Assembly (NCBI GenBank): GCA_951406725.2 | Contig: OX597819.1 | Coordinates: 117,676,001-117,740,000, forward strand | From: Octopus vulgaris | Lineage: Eukaryota | Length of the DNA stretch: 64,000 nt | Direction: 5' to 3' | Part shown: piece by piece, positions 38,981 through 52,299 of the stretch | Numbering within the stretch: the first letter of the stretch is position 1 | How the letters are laid out: each line of letters opens with the position of its first letter | Position numbers and translations under genes: made by a program | The notes under the pieces: model-generated | What the model was told of the DNA's origin: nothing | Databases searched by the model: none | Seen by the model: the letters and a program-made list of their open reading frames with translations, nothing else

Positions 38981-39065
38981 ACGGCCATAATAGGCCGTTC
39001 AACCCACTAGAAATAGCAGCCTTAGGCTGCTATTTCTAGTGGGTTGAACGGCCTATTATGGCCGT
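38981..39065. repeat. Perfect 42-bp inverted repeat with 1-nt spacer
   Basis: acggccataataggccgttcaacccactagaaatagcagcct-t-aggctgctatttctagtgggttgaacggcctattatggccgt. Confidence 0.95.
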
Positions 39066-39201
39066 GAAAAAGACCAACAACAAAAAATTTTGCTGTTGAA
39101 TTTATTAATAGTCTTTGACTATTTCCTTTTTCCCACTAGACCGCTGGTGGCAAATAATTTCTGCTGAATTTTTTGCTACCCTATATTGATTAATTATATA
39201 T

Positions 39202-39584
39202 ATCTCTCTCTATATAAACGGCAGTTTCTCTGTGCGTTTTCTGTGTGTCTGTTTTCTCGTACCCTCACTCTGACCACGGCTTTCAACCGATTCTGATGAA
39301 ACTTGACACACACATAGCCCAATGTCATAATTCAAAACAAACGCAGCGAAAATTTTGAAAAGTTCCCCAGTTCTGAAAAAAATCGATAAATTCGACATGG
39401 GGTCGAGAATCAGAAACCCAAACCACAGACCGTCATGGGGACGCAACTCCACCTTTTTTAACTCTCAAAAAAAATTTACCATCATTTTTTTCCATTTTTT
39501 TGCTATTTTTTGGCTATAACTCTCTAAAAATGCTTTATAGTTATTTCCCTTACAAACCTGAGCAACGCCGGGCGATACTGCTAG
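39202..39584 (+). mobile_element. Non-autonomous Helitron-like element
   Basis: 5' TC...tatataaa, internal aaccgattctgatgaaactt motif, GC-rich subterminal gagcaacgccgggcgatactg, then CTAG followed by T. The 3' end is shared with 45755-45820. Confidence 0.75.
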
Positions 39585-39738
39585 TATATATATAAATCAA
39601 GGCTATAATTAGAATATTAAATTAATGATAATGTTCATATGTATTAATTGCCTATCTTTTATACCATACCGACTACTTCACAAAAATCTTTATCGTGCTT
39701 TTCCTCCTTATATACATTTTATGAATTAATAAATAATT

Positions 39739-39744
<6 letters not shown>

Positions 39745-39785
<41 letters not shown>

Positions 39786-39998
39786 CTGTTTGTGTGTCTG
39801 TGTTTGTCCCCCCTCCAACATCGCTTGACAACCGATCCGATACTGGTTTGTTTACGTTCCCGTAACATAGCGGTTCGACAAAAGGGCCCGATAGAATAAT
39901 TACTAGGCTTACAAAGAATAAATCCTTGGGACGATTTGCTCGACTGAATGCGGTGCTTCAGCATGGCCGCAGTCACATAACTGAAACAAGTAAAAGAA
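39745..39998 (+). mobile_element. SINE family A 3' half
   Basis: gtgtgtctgtgtttgtcccc...catcgcttgacaaccgat...gcatggccgcagtc...gaaacaagtaaaaga. Confidence 0.85.
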
Positions 39999-40416
39999 TA
40001 TATAGTTGTAAGTGTGTGTATATACGTAGATATATATGTGTATACATATCTATATGTGTGTGTGTGTCTACGTGTATGTGTGTGTGTTGTTAGGGTGCTG
40101 CCTGAATAGATTTTGATCTTCTTTTCCAATTTCACACACCACACATGTTAGAGTTCCTTTAGAGTTTGTACCAACGTGCGTAGTTGTACCTTGTCTCTAT
40201 CCTAAATCAAAACATTATCTACAAATTAGAGACTGTTCGATTTCTCAGTTGTTTCCCAATCACATCTCACCTCAGGTGCTGATTAATGCAATTCAAAAAG
40301 AAGTCTGAGATTATAAACAAGACAAGAGAGAACTCGTCAAAGGTTCCTCTTCTGATTTGTACACTTTTTACTTCATTGTACGTTCCAATGAGTATTGCAT
40401 CTAAATAAAGAATATA

Positions 40417-40461
40417 TATTTCTTTACTGCCCACAAGGGGCTATTTACTGCCCACAAGGGG
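40417..40461 (-). mobile_element. Severely truncated SINE B 3' end with internal duplication
   Basis: tttactgcccacaaggggcta occurs twice. TSD ctaaataaagaatata at 40401-40416 and 40462-40477. Confidence 0.85.
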
Positions 40462-41051
40462 CTAAATAAAGAATATAGCGTACAATTCCTAGCCTTTTTG
40501 ATAATTTATCCGTATAAACCATACAATAATCAATGTTTTTTCTGAAAATTTACAAAACCCATGTTAATCATCACTGTCTTTTCTTCGATGGTCTGTTTTC
40601 CCTCAACTCTTGCGTTTATTGAAAACAGTAATTTTGATATAGATATGAATACCTCTCCTAATTAAACCTGTAGAAGATTCCACGTAATTTAGGGATTTTA
40701 ATTGTTTGGTAATATGAGCTAACGCTTCCTTTCAATTGATTCTACTGGAGTAGTAATTCCCCCGCCCCCATTTTTAGCTAGTGGTAAGAGGCAGTTTCTA
40801 CTGTGATATGAACCTATTTCGTTGTATTTCCATGATGTCATGGAGACACGGAATAAATTTCGCTCTATACCTAATATTTTATCATTATCAATATCCTCCT
40901 CCTCCTTCTACTCCTATCATTTCTTCTTTTCTTCTCCGTCTTATTTTTTATCTTTTTCATCTATATGTTAGTTTCTATGACCTTTATATTCTCATCATAT
41001 TTTTTTTTATTCTCAGGCTTCTCTTTCTTCTTTTCTTTTCTATTCATTTCA

Positions 41052-41125
41052 TTCTTCTTCTTCTTCTTCTTCTTCTTCTTCTTCTTCTTCTGCTTTTTCT
41101 TGTTCTTCTTTCTTCTCCTTCTTCC
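41052..41125. repeat. (TTC)n microsatellite
   Basis: Seen directly. Confidence 0.95.
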
Positions 41126-42402
41126 TATTATATCATCCACGTCATTGTTTGAAGCATGCTTTTAACACTCAGTAAATGTACACACGGTGACAATACATAC
41201 CTGACAGGCGCATTTTAATGCTTATTCTTTGTGCATTATTGTCACTATACTATATTATGTACGCAGCAATTGACAGACATATATATATATATATGTGTTT
41301 CTGCGCAGCGTCATTTACGTTCATGTGCATTTTGAGGTTCGTCTTTTAATATTGTGATATTTATTTTCCTTTTCGCATTTCCCAGCAAGGTGTAATAGAC
41401 TTCCTGCATTTCAGTTATAACGACCATTAGAATACCGAGCAAAACTGCATTACAATACGGGTATAGATTCTTTATATTGCACACTGAGAAAATACCTATT
41501 TATAGGCCACTTGTCTCCAAATCGATGTGTTATACAAATACATCAATTGTTCGCATTCATAGAAAATGTGAAAGCATAAATCTGTGTTTATACATCGTAT
41601 TATTCGTGCATGAAGAGAATAATTAGAAGCAAGAGAAGAATTCTAGTTAAAGCAGACACACATATTACTGAGTTAAAGGCGTTGCATTCAGTGATATATA
41701 AACACATATATATTAACGTCATAATCTTTAGGTTAGAACAACGCAGCTCATAGTATATATTTAGCTCCTTGGTTCTCTGTTCATAAATACACAAGCAAAC
41801 ACACATCTATATGTATGCATAAAACTGTATATATATATATATATGGAACTGCAGGAGTAGTTGAAAGCGTTAATATGAAGAAATAATATGTGATATGTAA
41901 ATAAATATATATTCTTACAACCATCCGGCATTCCGAACACCTTTTTTCTTTCATATGTATATATATACATAAAACGAAAGAGAGAGAAATAGAGAGATAG
42001 GGAAAGGGATGTGAGAGACAGGGTGAGAATGAGGGGTCACAGGTTTGCTCAAGGTGAAGTTGATAGCCCTTTCAAATCTTAATAAAAAGTGTTCTACTAA
42101 ATTGTATTTAGTGTGTAAGTTAAATTTGTATTTTTTATAAAACGATATGATATACATTAGTATTCATATATGTATATATGCATATTTACGCATGCGCAGA
42201 CCTGTGTGTCTGTCTGCATGTATATACATGTGTGTGTGGGCACGCGCGTATGCTGACTATCTGATAGAAATCATTAACGTTTTTTAACCTTACATTCTAA
42301 TATGAATTAATATATATATATATATATATATATATACGCGTGTGCAAGTGTGTGTATGTATATGTGTATATATACTATATATGTATATATATATGTATAG
42401 TA

Positions 42403-42437
<35 letters not shown>

Positions 42438-43639
42438 TGTATATTTATATATATATATATATTTATATATATACACATATACATACACACACGCGTCAAT
42501 ATATATATATATAGGTGTCTATAGAATGTTTGAAGTGGTGTACCTATATAATATATTGAGAAAAAAGGGGGCTGTCAGAATTTTGAATAACTTTTTATTA
42601 GGGCTTTCGTTCTTTCGAAATCGTCACCACGAAATCAAGATCAAAATGGTAAAACCAAAGCATTTCTCTGTTCGTTTATATGGATTGGATGCTCTTTTGC
42701 TTTACTTAGAAGGGAAAAATATGGTTTTTTGTTAGAACAAGGGGGGAGAGGGACAATCGACATGTAGAACGAGAGAGGTTTCTTTTGAATTTGATGTCAA
42801 TAATTCATTAATTTCATTACAAAGCGCTTTCTTGTTTCTTTCTCCTTTCTTTCTTTCTTTCAATTGTTTATTTTTCAATATATTGTAAATAAAAACATTT
42901 TCTCAAAGAGCTGGTGACTTTCACAGATGTTAATTTCAGGACGTAGGATGAAAGAAATAAAATTAGGGAAAGGTTCGGTTATTACTGAAACATAAGAAAG
43001 AATTCAAAGTTCAAAGTCCTATCTATATTCCTTTACATTTATAGATTCAAGTCTCATATTCTGTGTAATTCTATTCTGTGCATGAACAAACATTAAATAT
43101 TAATTCAATATTCATAAATTAGGAAAATGAAGTCAGAATATAAAAAATAAAGGGTACTATTTATAATTCAATCTATTTTCTATGTACATTTAATCAAACA
43201 TCATAAGTGAATTATGCATGTATATTGTACATTTAGCAGGAAGCCATTCTGTAGCATGTAAACTATATCATAAAGAAGGGCCTGCTTAAATATATATTTT
43301 TAAAATACCTTTCATCTTTTTATAGCATTTATTTTTCTTGGCTTGGATAAGAGAATTCAAAGGAGATCTTTTTCACGAATTAATTTGCCAAGTAGCTAAA
43401 CTAGATATTTTTCTGAATCACTGGTAAAATAGTTCTAGTGTTCTTTTTCGGTAAGTTCTTTAAGAACAACAGTTGTCAAAACCCTAGTGTTATATATTCA
43501 GCTAATCATTTATAGAGATGAGTATCAGTTATTAACTTTGGAGCATCATTTAGAAACAACCGTAATAGGGTAATGTAAATATTTTCTTTTCATCCATCAT
43601 AATTACTATAAAGAAAAAATAATGATAAAAATATAGTTC

Positions 43640-45395
43640 CTCTGCTTCCCTTTCAATTGTTCAATTTTGGAGAGAATTTGCTGCTTTTCGGAATTTTGAG
43701 CCATCGTTTCACCATTTGTAAAAAGGAAAGATGTTGAATTTTTAGATGTTTGCTTAGTGGAATCTTGCGCAATTCCTCTTGTGGGATGTGTTTGTCGGAT
43801 GTGTCATGTGCACGTTAGCAGAGGGAATTGTTTATTTCGCCAACGTAATGTACCTTGTAGTTGAGGTAAGTAATGCGCTATATGAGATTTTGTGTCTTGC
43901 AGTTGATATCTTCATATACTTTGAACGAGATTCAGTTCTTGAATTTTATGTGAGAACCACTTTATAAGATGCTGTTGTTGTTGCATGTTGCACATCTGCT
44001 ATCGCCATATTCCTAATGGAGAATTCTGATTTATACTCTGATGAGAATGCTGCTCTTGTAATTTGTTTTTGAGATTACTTGGCTAGCTTCTGCTGTTTTT
44101 TAAGGGATTTTATCAATCAGGCTTTCATTTTGGGACTTTGCAGAAGTATATGTAGGTTTGATATTAGAGTGTAAAAGTTGTTGGTTAACTCAGAATTGTG
44201 CATATTAATAAATGGAATCGTGTGTTCATTAATTTTTCTTCTTTTCGTATCCTTAGATGTGTGATGCTCAGCTTCGTCGCTTATTTATTTCCGTCGGTTA
44301 TTATTCCTAAGGGGTATTTCTGCTTGGTTAGGAAGTTTTTGAGCTCGTTGAGTGGGATTTGAATGTATTTTGGGGTTAATCACTATAGCACAGATACGTT
44401 TTGCCGTGATGTATGGCATGTTCCTTTTGGTGTGTGAGGGATGGCGAGAAGAGAAATTCAAATATTGGTTCGTATCCGGTTTTTAAAAAACTTTTTGTAA
44501 AATATGTTTGTTGTGACTATGGAGTTATGCATTTTTACGTTAATATCCAGGAATGGTAATTCATTGCATCTGGATTCTCTCCTGAATTTGATGGATGCGT
44601 GAAGTGTGTTGATTATATTATTACGGATTTGTGGGTCCTCAGTTGGTCAGTCCCAAAAGATGAAACAGTCACTGACGAAGCGTTGCCTCGTTTAATGACG
44701 TATTTCTTGTAATCCTGATAATGAGCTTTGTCTCTACTTCCTCATAAAGAGTTTTGTCCAAGTATCCCATGGCCAGATTAGCATATGAGGGTGCAAACAG
44801 CATCCCCATAGCCGTGCCCTTTAACTGTCGATATGTTTTAGTATCGAATATAAAGGTGTTTTCTTCAAGTAGAAGACGTGTGGCATTGCTGACGACGTCC
44901 GTTTTGAAGCGTTTATTTATCTGTCCTCAATGTTCCTCTATCCAGTATTTGACTGCTTCCAGGCCCAAAGAATGGGGTATATTAGTATAAATATTAGTGA
45001 CATCAAATCTACGCCGTCCGTTATATAGCTGGGTATTAATGGGCATAAAGAATTTAGGAGTAAGTGCAAAGGATGACTCAGCTGTGTTGGTGATTGCGGT
45101 CCAGCAATTATTGGTCTAAGGTTGAGGTCAGTAAGTCTGAGTGTATTTATGTATCCGTTCTTCTGCTCATTTATAACTTTCTGTATTTTGGGGTGTTTGT
45201 GCATTTGGGGTCGTTTGTAGAAATTGCTCTCATAAATAATTTTTCACTTTGTCCGTGAAGGATTGTTAGTATTCATTAATTAGCGTTTTCATTTTATTGA
45301 ATACTATTTTTTCCGATTGTCTTGGTGCTTTCTTGTATTAAATTTAGTCTGTTAGAATTTGTCCATGATTACTATCGTCTCTCCCTTATCTAACC
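43640..45395 (-). mobile_element. Penelope-like element relic (RT plus GIY-YIG, Neptune-like)
   Basis: Minus peptides PKIQK...LRPIIAG, YRQLKGTAMGMLFAPSYANLAMGYLD, RFVSDCFIFW, LPFLDI, KPDTNQYLNFSSRHPSHTKRNMPY and NCKTQNLI*...YVGE, with many disablements. Confidence 0.88.
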
Positions 45396-45754
45396 ACTAA
45401 GCCATGGGCCTTCACTTGCATTCACGATGTCTATATATATGTAGGTGTGTGTGTGTGTGTGTGTGTATCATAAATGCAAACAAACCTTTCATGAAGAGGG
45501 AAGGAAGCCTTACTAACACTGAAGCATGACAATTCAATTTATCCTGAAAGATATGTTTACACGTACACAATTAATAAAATTTATGTACATTAATATATGC
45601 CAAACTACAAGCACCCTCACACTTATACACAAGAAATACGCAATCACATTCAGATGGATACAGGGTCTGTAATATGAATTCATACGTGAAACAATGTAAC
45701 ATACTTAAGAGTAGCAGGGGATTTTATAAAGAGGTTAAATGCAAATATGCACTA

Positions 45755-46152
45755 CAAGCAGTATCGCCCGGCGTTGCTCGGGTTTGTAAGGGAAATAACT
45801 ATATAAGCATTTTTAGAGATGTAAAGTATAATAGCCATCTCAATATGGCTAACCACAAAGGGAGGGGTGTGTTACCGTAGCTTTTTTACGTTCTGAGATT
45901 TAATACATTTTTAGAGAGTTACTTCCCTTATATATGCCAAAAATGCATTAAAAAATGGGAAAAAATGATGGTAAATATTTTTTTTAAATCGTAGACTCAT
46001 CGTAGACGCGCGCTAATACCCAGAAGGGCTCGATATGAATCACGACTATAAGATACCCGGTTTTGGTTAAACTGCACCGCAAAATATTGGAGTAGTTAGG
46101 AATCTAAATCGTAGGAGACAGACAGCACACAACCTCTCTTTTATATATAAAT
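45755..46152 (-). mobile_element. Non-autonomous Helitron-like element (related to 39202-39584)
   Basis: Minus-strand 3' end gagcaacgccgggcgatactgCTTG followed by T. 5' end t(a)tttatatataaaag. The interior differs from the first copy. Confidence 0.75.
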
Positions 46153-47039
46153 ATATGACTTATGAGTGCGAGATGAACATCAATGAAGTAGTAAACATAA
46201 CTTTCAGAGAGAGATTTTTTTCTGAGCGTCGTTAGGCATCGATATATTATATGTCTAAAACAGATGATCCATGATTCTCTTTTATTTTGTACGTTGTTCC
46301 ATCATTGCATTGCAGAAATGTAAATTTTCTATATAATTGCAAGGCATATATATCTACACTTAATTTAAACAAATAAAGACATTGGCATAAGTGCACACAT
46401 ATGAACACACGCACATATAAGTATATTTGAATATATAACGAGTATAACTCTGTAAGAGTTTGCGTGCGTGTTTGTTTCTGACTGTGAGCGTAAATGTGTG
46501 TGTGTATATATATATATCAATAAATTCACACATAGCGATATACATAAATACACATAAACTTCACCACCATCTCACACACATTTATGCCGAATTCAGAAAT
46601 TGGTATTCTTCTTCAAAATTAGCATAAGACAAAGTTGTAGTTACACACGACACTATAATTATACATGTGTATAGATATGTACACAAGCACACACACACAC
46701 ACATAAACACACAAGATAACACACAGACAGATATTTACACATTCGTACACACAAAACATGTACACAAATACACACAGGCACACACACACAAATATATATA
46801 TAAGCAATTCAAAATTATATGAGATTGCGTAACATATGAAAGTAGCTATCTTTTCCAAGATACTCTGTGGTAGAAAGATAGTTCTACGACAATGATCAGG
46901 AATAGTGTGTAATCCTGCAAATACCCATAATATATCATATACACATACATATGAGTGCATATACTCATACTCCTATAGTACATATATATATACATATACA
47001 TAATAATATAAATCAATATACTAGGGTATTTTTGATAGT

Positions 47040-47047
47040 TGTTGTTG

Positions 47048-47099
<52 letters not shown>

Positions 47100-47271
47100 C
47101 ATTAATATTATTATTCAGTAGTTTTATTTTTATTTTTATAGCGTGCTTTCACTTCACTACCGAGCGCTGCTCTGTGTGCCTTGGGTATGTGTTGTGAAAT
47201 TGTTGTGATGCTCTGATGGTTATTGTATGGAAAGTGTTCTGCGTAGGATGTATTATTATTATTATTTTTGC

Positions 47272-47305
<34 letters not shown>

Positions 47306-47485
47306 ATTATTATTATTATTATCATTATTATCATTCAGTAGTATATTCTTTATATCGTACTTTCACTTCACTACCGAGCGCAGCTCTGTGTGCCTTGGGT
47401 ATGTGTTGTGAAATTGTTGTGATGCTCTGATGGTTATTGTATGGAAAGTGTTCTGCGTAGGATGTATTATTATTATTATTTTTGC

Positions 47486-47522
<37 letters not shown>

Positions 47523-47697
47523 GTTATTATCATTAATATTATTATTCAGTAGTTTTATTTTTATAGCATGCTTTCACTTCACTACCGAGCGCAGCTCTGT
47601 GTGCCTTGGGTATGTGTTGTGAAATTGTTGTGATGCTCTGATGGTTATTGTATGGAAAGTGTTCTGCGTAGGATGTATTATTATTATTATTTTTTGC

Positions 47698-47742
<45 letters not shown>

Positions 47743-47908
47743 CATTAATATTATTATTCAGTAGTTTTATTTTTATAGCGTGCTTTCACTTCACTACCGA
47801 GCGCAGCTCTGTGTGCCTTGGGTATGTGTTGTGAAATTGTTGTGATGCTCTGATGGTTATTGTATGGAAAGTGTTCTGCGTAGGATGTATTATTATTATT
47901 ATTTTTGC

Positions 47909-47957
<49 letters not shown>

Positions 47958-47962
47958 GTTAT
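47040..47962 (-). repeat. Tandem array (period about 212 bp, 4 units) of R4/Dong-like 3' ends separated by (TAA)n
   Basis: Units end at 47250, 47464, 47675 and 47887 with the same truncation point (gcgtaggatg) and the same tttttgc interruption in the TAT tract. Confidence 0.9.
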
Positions 47963-48419
47963 TATCATTAATATTATTATTCAGTAGTTTTATTTTTATA
48001 GCGTGATTTCACTTCACTACCGAGCGCAGCTCTGTGTGCCTTGGGTATGTGTTGTGAAATTGTTGTGATGCTCTGATGGTTATTGTATGGAAAGTGTTCT
48101 GTGTAGGATGTGTGCAGTGCCTAGTAGTGCAATTTTCTGTATGTTATATGTGTTTTGTAAGTCCTGGTGTTTTTGTTATGTATTTGTCTGTTATTTTTTA
48201 TCATGCCTAATGCACCTACTATGATAGGAATTGTGTCTGTTTTCAGGTCTCCACATTCTAGTTACCTCTATTTCGGTCTTCGTATTTTGAGAGTTTCTCC
48301 ATTTCTTTTAGCCTTCGTTGGTCATCTGCTTCGATACATCAATTAGAAATTTTTTTCTTCATGATCTCTGGATTCAACTATTCCTGGTCTGTTGGCCTTA
48401 AGTTCTGGTTGTTGGCCTA

Positions 48420-48421
<2 letters not shown>
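47963..48421 (-). mobile_element. 5'-truncated R4/Dong-clade LINE (restriction-like endonuclease C-terminus) in (TAA)n
   Basis: Minus peptides ANRPGIV (cf. RPDIV), LIDVS, KEMEKLSKY, TIPIIVGALG and IQKIALLGTAHILHRTLSIQ*. TAA repeats on both sides. Confidence 0.8.
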
Positions 48422-48466
<45 letters not shown>

Positions 48467-48559
48467 TTGAACTCGTAATTTTGTGTTTAGTAATCCGCGC
48501 TCTTGCCCGTGGGCAATTATGGAGTGAATTGTAGGGCTAATAAATCTAATATTTTCCTA

Positions 48560-49505
48560 TTCTTAATTTATACCGGTTCCTATATACTATTCCTAACTGG
48601 ACTTGGTCTGCGTAGGAGGTTGGTATGCCCCAGCATATGTGCTGCTTCTTTTAGTCTTCGTATTTTCCAGTACTATTCTCTGTCTATTAATTTAACTTCA
48701 TCACAAAGAGGGAGGCGGTCTCCATTTTCCCATACATGATCAGCTATACCTGACTTATCAATATCTGCTCGTGTCAAGCTTTGCAATGTACGTCTACCCT
48801 TATTTTGAGGGGATGGCATGCTTCACCTTTGTATAACCTACCACAGCTGCATGAGGGAGAGTACACACAGCTTTTGGTCATATTCTCTTCTATTGATGGT
48901 TTTACTCGAAGGAGATATTTGCGATGTGTTGTATTACTCTTGAATACTGTCCTGATGTCATATGGGCCGCATATCTTTTGTATCTTTTCTGAGAGGCCTT
49001 TGACATAGAGTAGACAGGCTGTAGACAGTTTATTGGTTTCATTCTCACTTTTCTTCATAATTGGAATAGATACTATGTTTTGTGGTGTAGTTGTTGCTTA
49101 ATGGATTGTTACTGAGCTTGATCATTTCTTCGTGGTCGGTATCACGATCGCTACTTATATTCTTTGCTCGATGCTTTAGACACTGAGCAATCCCATTCTT
49201 TACACTATATCGATGGTGGGAATTGAAGTGAAGGTATCGTCCAGTGAAGGTTGGCTTGCGGTATACAGATGTCCTGAATCCATACTTAGTGCGTGTTATT
49301 AATACGTCGAGGAATACTAGCTGATTGTCTTTGACATTTTCTGTTGTGAACTGTATGGATGGTTTTATTGAGTTCACATGATCGAACAGCACTTGGTCAT
49401 CTTCCTGGTGGGGCCAGAATATAAAGGTGTCCTCAAAATATCTCAGCCATAGTGTTGTTTTCAGTGGTGTTGATCGTTAAGCCAAATTCTCAAATTATTT
49501 TCTGT
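48560..49505 (-). mobile_element. Penelope-like element relic (Poseidon-like RT C-terminus plus GIY-YIG)
   Basis: WLRYFEDTFIFW, NSIKPSIQFT, LVFLDVLI, SVYRKPTFTGRYLHFNSHH, YVKGLSEKI and CVYSPSCSCGRLYKGE. Confidence 0.9.
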
Positions 49506-49595
49506 ATAACAAATTTATACATGGAATACATTGTCTGGGTCTGATTAGTATTTGCGAAGAGAAATCGTCGTTTCCATCTCTAGCCTTACGTGATA

Positions 49596-49640
49596 CATAC
49601 AGACCCAGGTTTCTGAGTAACAACCCGTCTTCAGTGTGTG
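49596..49640 (-). ncRNA. Type I hammerhead ribozyme motif upstream of the PLE relic
   Basis: Minus strand CACACA-CUGAAGA-CGGGU-UGUU-ACUCA-GAAAC-CUGG-GUC-UGUAUG. Stem III is a near-palindrome (ACCUGGGU). Confidence 0.65.
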
Positions 49641-50309
49641 ATAATCACCAACTAGAGATGAGAACTCATTCCTAATGCACATACTATATGTTTCTGCTGG
49701 TGACAAACTCTCGCCGGCCTCGAAAAATGTTGAACAATCAATAATAAATCTCTCAGCGAGAAGTAAATAGCTGCAGCACGGAATCGTGGAGTATATTTGC
49801 CACCTAAATGTGGAGGACCCATTGAAGACGATGATACTTCTGGCAGCCGGAGGAGATATCTATAAACAACAATGGGGCTATAAACAACAGTAAGCAAAAC
49901 GCTTACAGAGGAGAAATGCAAGCATATTGGAAAGATTCTTAGAGTTAATTGATAATAAATAATAACATAAAGAGTAAACAATAAAAGCAAATTAATTAAC
50001 ATAGGAAATTCAATTCAGTGAAAATATACAGTTTTTGTTTTGTTGCAGTGAACATACATATCTATTTATATATGCACATTTGCATATAAACTCATATACA
50101 GACATACATACACACATGCGTATACGCGTGCGCACACAAAAAACACATATATACATAATTTAACTTATTTTTATGTTCAGTTATAATAAATAAGAATTAT
50201 ATGTTTATAGTGGTTTATTGTATACATTTGTAAAATATAAATTTATTATTCTTAGAAAAAGTATGTTGTTGACAATAACTGCGTACGATGGCTTATACAT
50301 ACATATAAG

Positions 50310-50391
<82 letters not shown>

Positions 50392-52299
50392 TGTGTAACA
50401 AGTCGTCTAGAATAAAAATATCGTTCTTATAGCAAACGTAATTTCTAACACTTGAAAGGAATGAAAGGCAACATGTAAATTTTCCGTATGTTAATATATT
50501 GTGAGCAGCATAGGACTGCCTTTGTTCTGACAATTTTTGAACGAGGAGAAACAAGAGAAGATAAACGACGGAGCAAAAATTTTGGATGATGTTAATTATG
50601 ACATTGATGGTTCAAAGTCTCTAACAACATCCAACGAGTGACTGATGATATTAATGATGTCAAATCGAAACTATATCAATATAAAATATCAAATGTCTCA
50701 AAGACGAGCTCGTCGACCACCATAAAGCATAAATAAATAAAAATAAAAACACATGGAAATAATATTTATTCTACATAATGTTGCTTTAAATAAACTTTCA
50801 GTTGCCGAAAAGGATATCTCGGATATTTTACAGGTCATGTATGCGTAATCCAGAGTCATATGAACCCCTCACCAAAGCAGAAAAATGCATTTCACGTTGG
50901 TTCAATCTTGTCAGCAGGGTGAAAAAAGCAAACCAAACCTTCAAATATTTACACATTCTCGACAAAACTGTAGAAAACCTCATAGAAATATCGTAGTTAT
51001 TGTTCTCAGTCACGAAAATACACGTAAAAACAACCATCAAAGAAAAAATAAACCAAAACGTACTAATTAACTTTTGTTTTTCTGACAATCGACCCATAAC
51101 ATTTATCATTAAATTATTGCATACATTATTAAACTTCGCGGGTCAAAATAATTTGACCTGTTAAATTAAATTTGATTCATCACAGAAAAAAACCTCGCTA
51201 TTGTTTATGAAGTATGACAAATATTCGATAACTTAGGTTTGAATATATTTAAATTTCTTAGTGCATTATGCGTATTTCCTTGATATTAACTTTATTTGTT
51301 TATTTTCTAATTTTTCGTAACCTGAAACGAAATAATTAATGATTTTGTTGAATATCCATAGCAAATGATATTGTTTAGAGCACAAGTTTTGATTTTGAAT
51401 TCCATATCATGGAATATTAGGTTTATTTTGATGTTTTCGTCTTTGTTTAATTACTAAGTGCATTCTCATTCTTTAATCAATTTGCCGATTCAAGAGACCC
51501 GTTCATTAAATTCCAATTATAATTTAATTTGTTCTTCTGAAAAATTCAGAATATATCATTGTAATTTCTCAGAGGATATATATAAAAGGAAAACGTTGAA
51601 TAAAGAAATAAGTATTTTGGTGTTTCTTTATGAACACTTTAATATTTGTGTGTGCGTTTGCTTTATAAAATATAATGATAATCGTAATTATTCACAGCGA
51701 AACAATGATAAGAGTAAATATATATTTTCCAGGCCTAGTGGCATTTACACTTGATGATCTATGCATTCGTGATTCTGTAATTTACATTTATTGACTTTTT
51801 TCTCAATGTGACTGTATAATAACTTACGTAAATTTTTGAGTAATTTCTTATGACATAGCTGAATATCAACAATACAGGACCATGAACTATTTACTGAACT
51901 CCTTCTCAACTTATCCGATGCATCTATTATCGTTCCCTAACAAATAATTCAATTATTTGCTATAATGACCTGTGTAATATTCTCATAAATCCCTTTTGGC
52001 TATTTGTCATAGCAGTATTCATTTAGCACTGCTATGCAGTTTAATCAAACGGTAAATTTTCCGTATCTGTCGCCTTGCAAGTGCAATCAATCTCTTACAT
52101 TAGAATTTAAATAGTTCTGAAATCCTTGAAATGCCCACAACTTGTCTGGAGACTATGTTTTCGTCGATTTTTTTTTTATGAAAGTAACTTTTTATTAAAA
52201 AAATGTATCCCCTTAAAACATATATCTCAAAATTCATGTGTATTACTCACATATTACCCATAACATATTCTGTTTTCTCCACGCCTATCACTACTCACA

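Noticed and set aside
39294-39304. ctgatgaaac resembling a hammerhead core
   Set aside because: There is no stem II between the two motifs, and it is part of the Helitron-like internal motif.
47040-48110. Regularly spaced repeats superficially like a CRISPR array
   Set aside because: Units are about 140-bp LINE 3' ends separated by TAA microsatellite, with no unique spacers or cas genes, in a eukaryotic context.
50632-50668. CUGAUGA...C-GAAAC hammerhead-like spacing
   Set aside because: Stems I, II and III do not pair convincingly.
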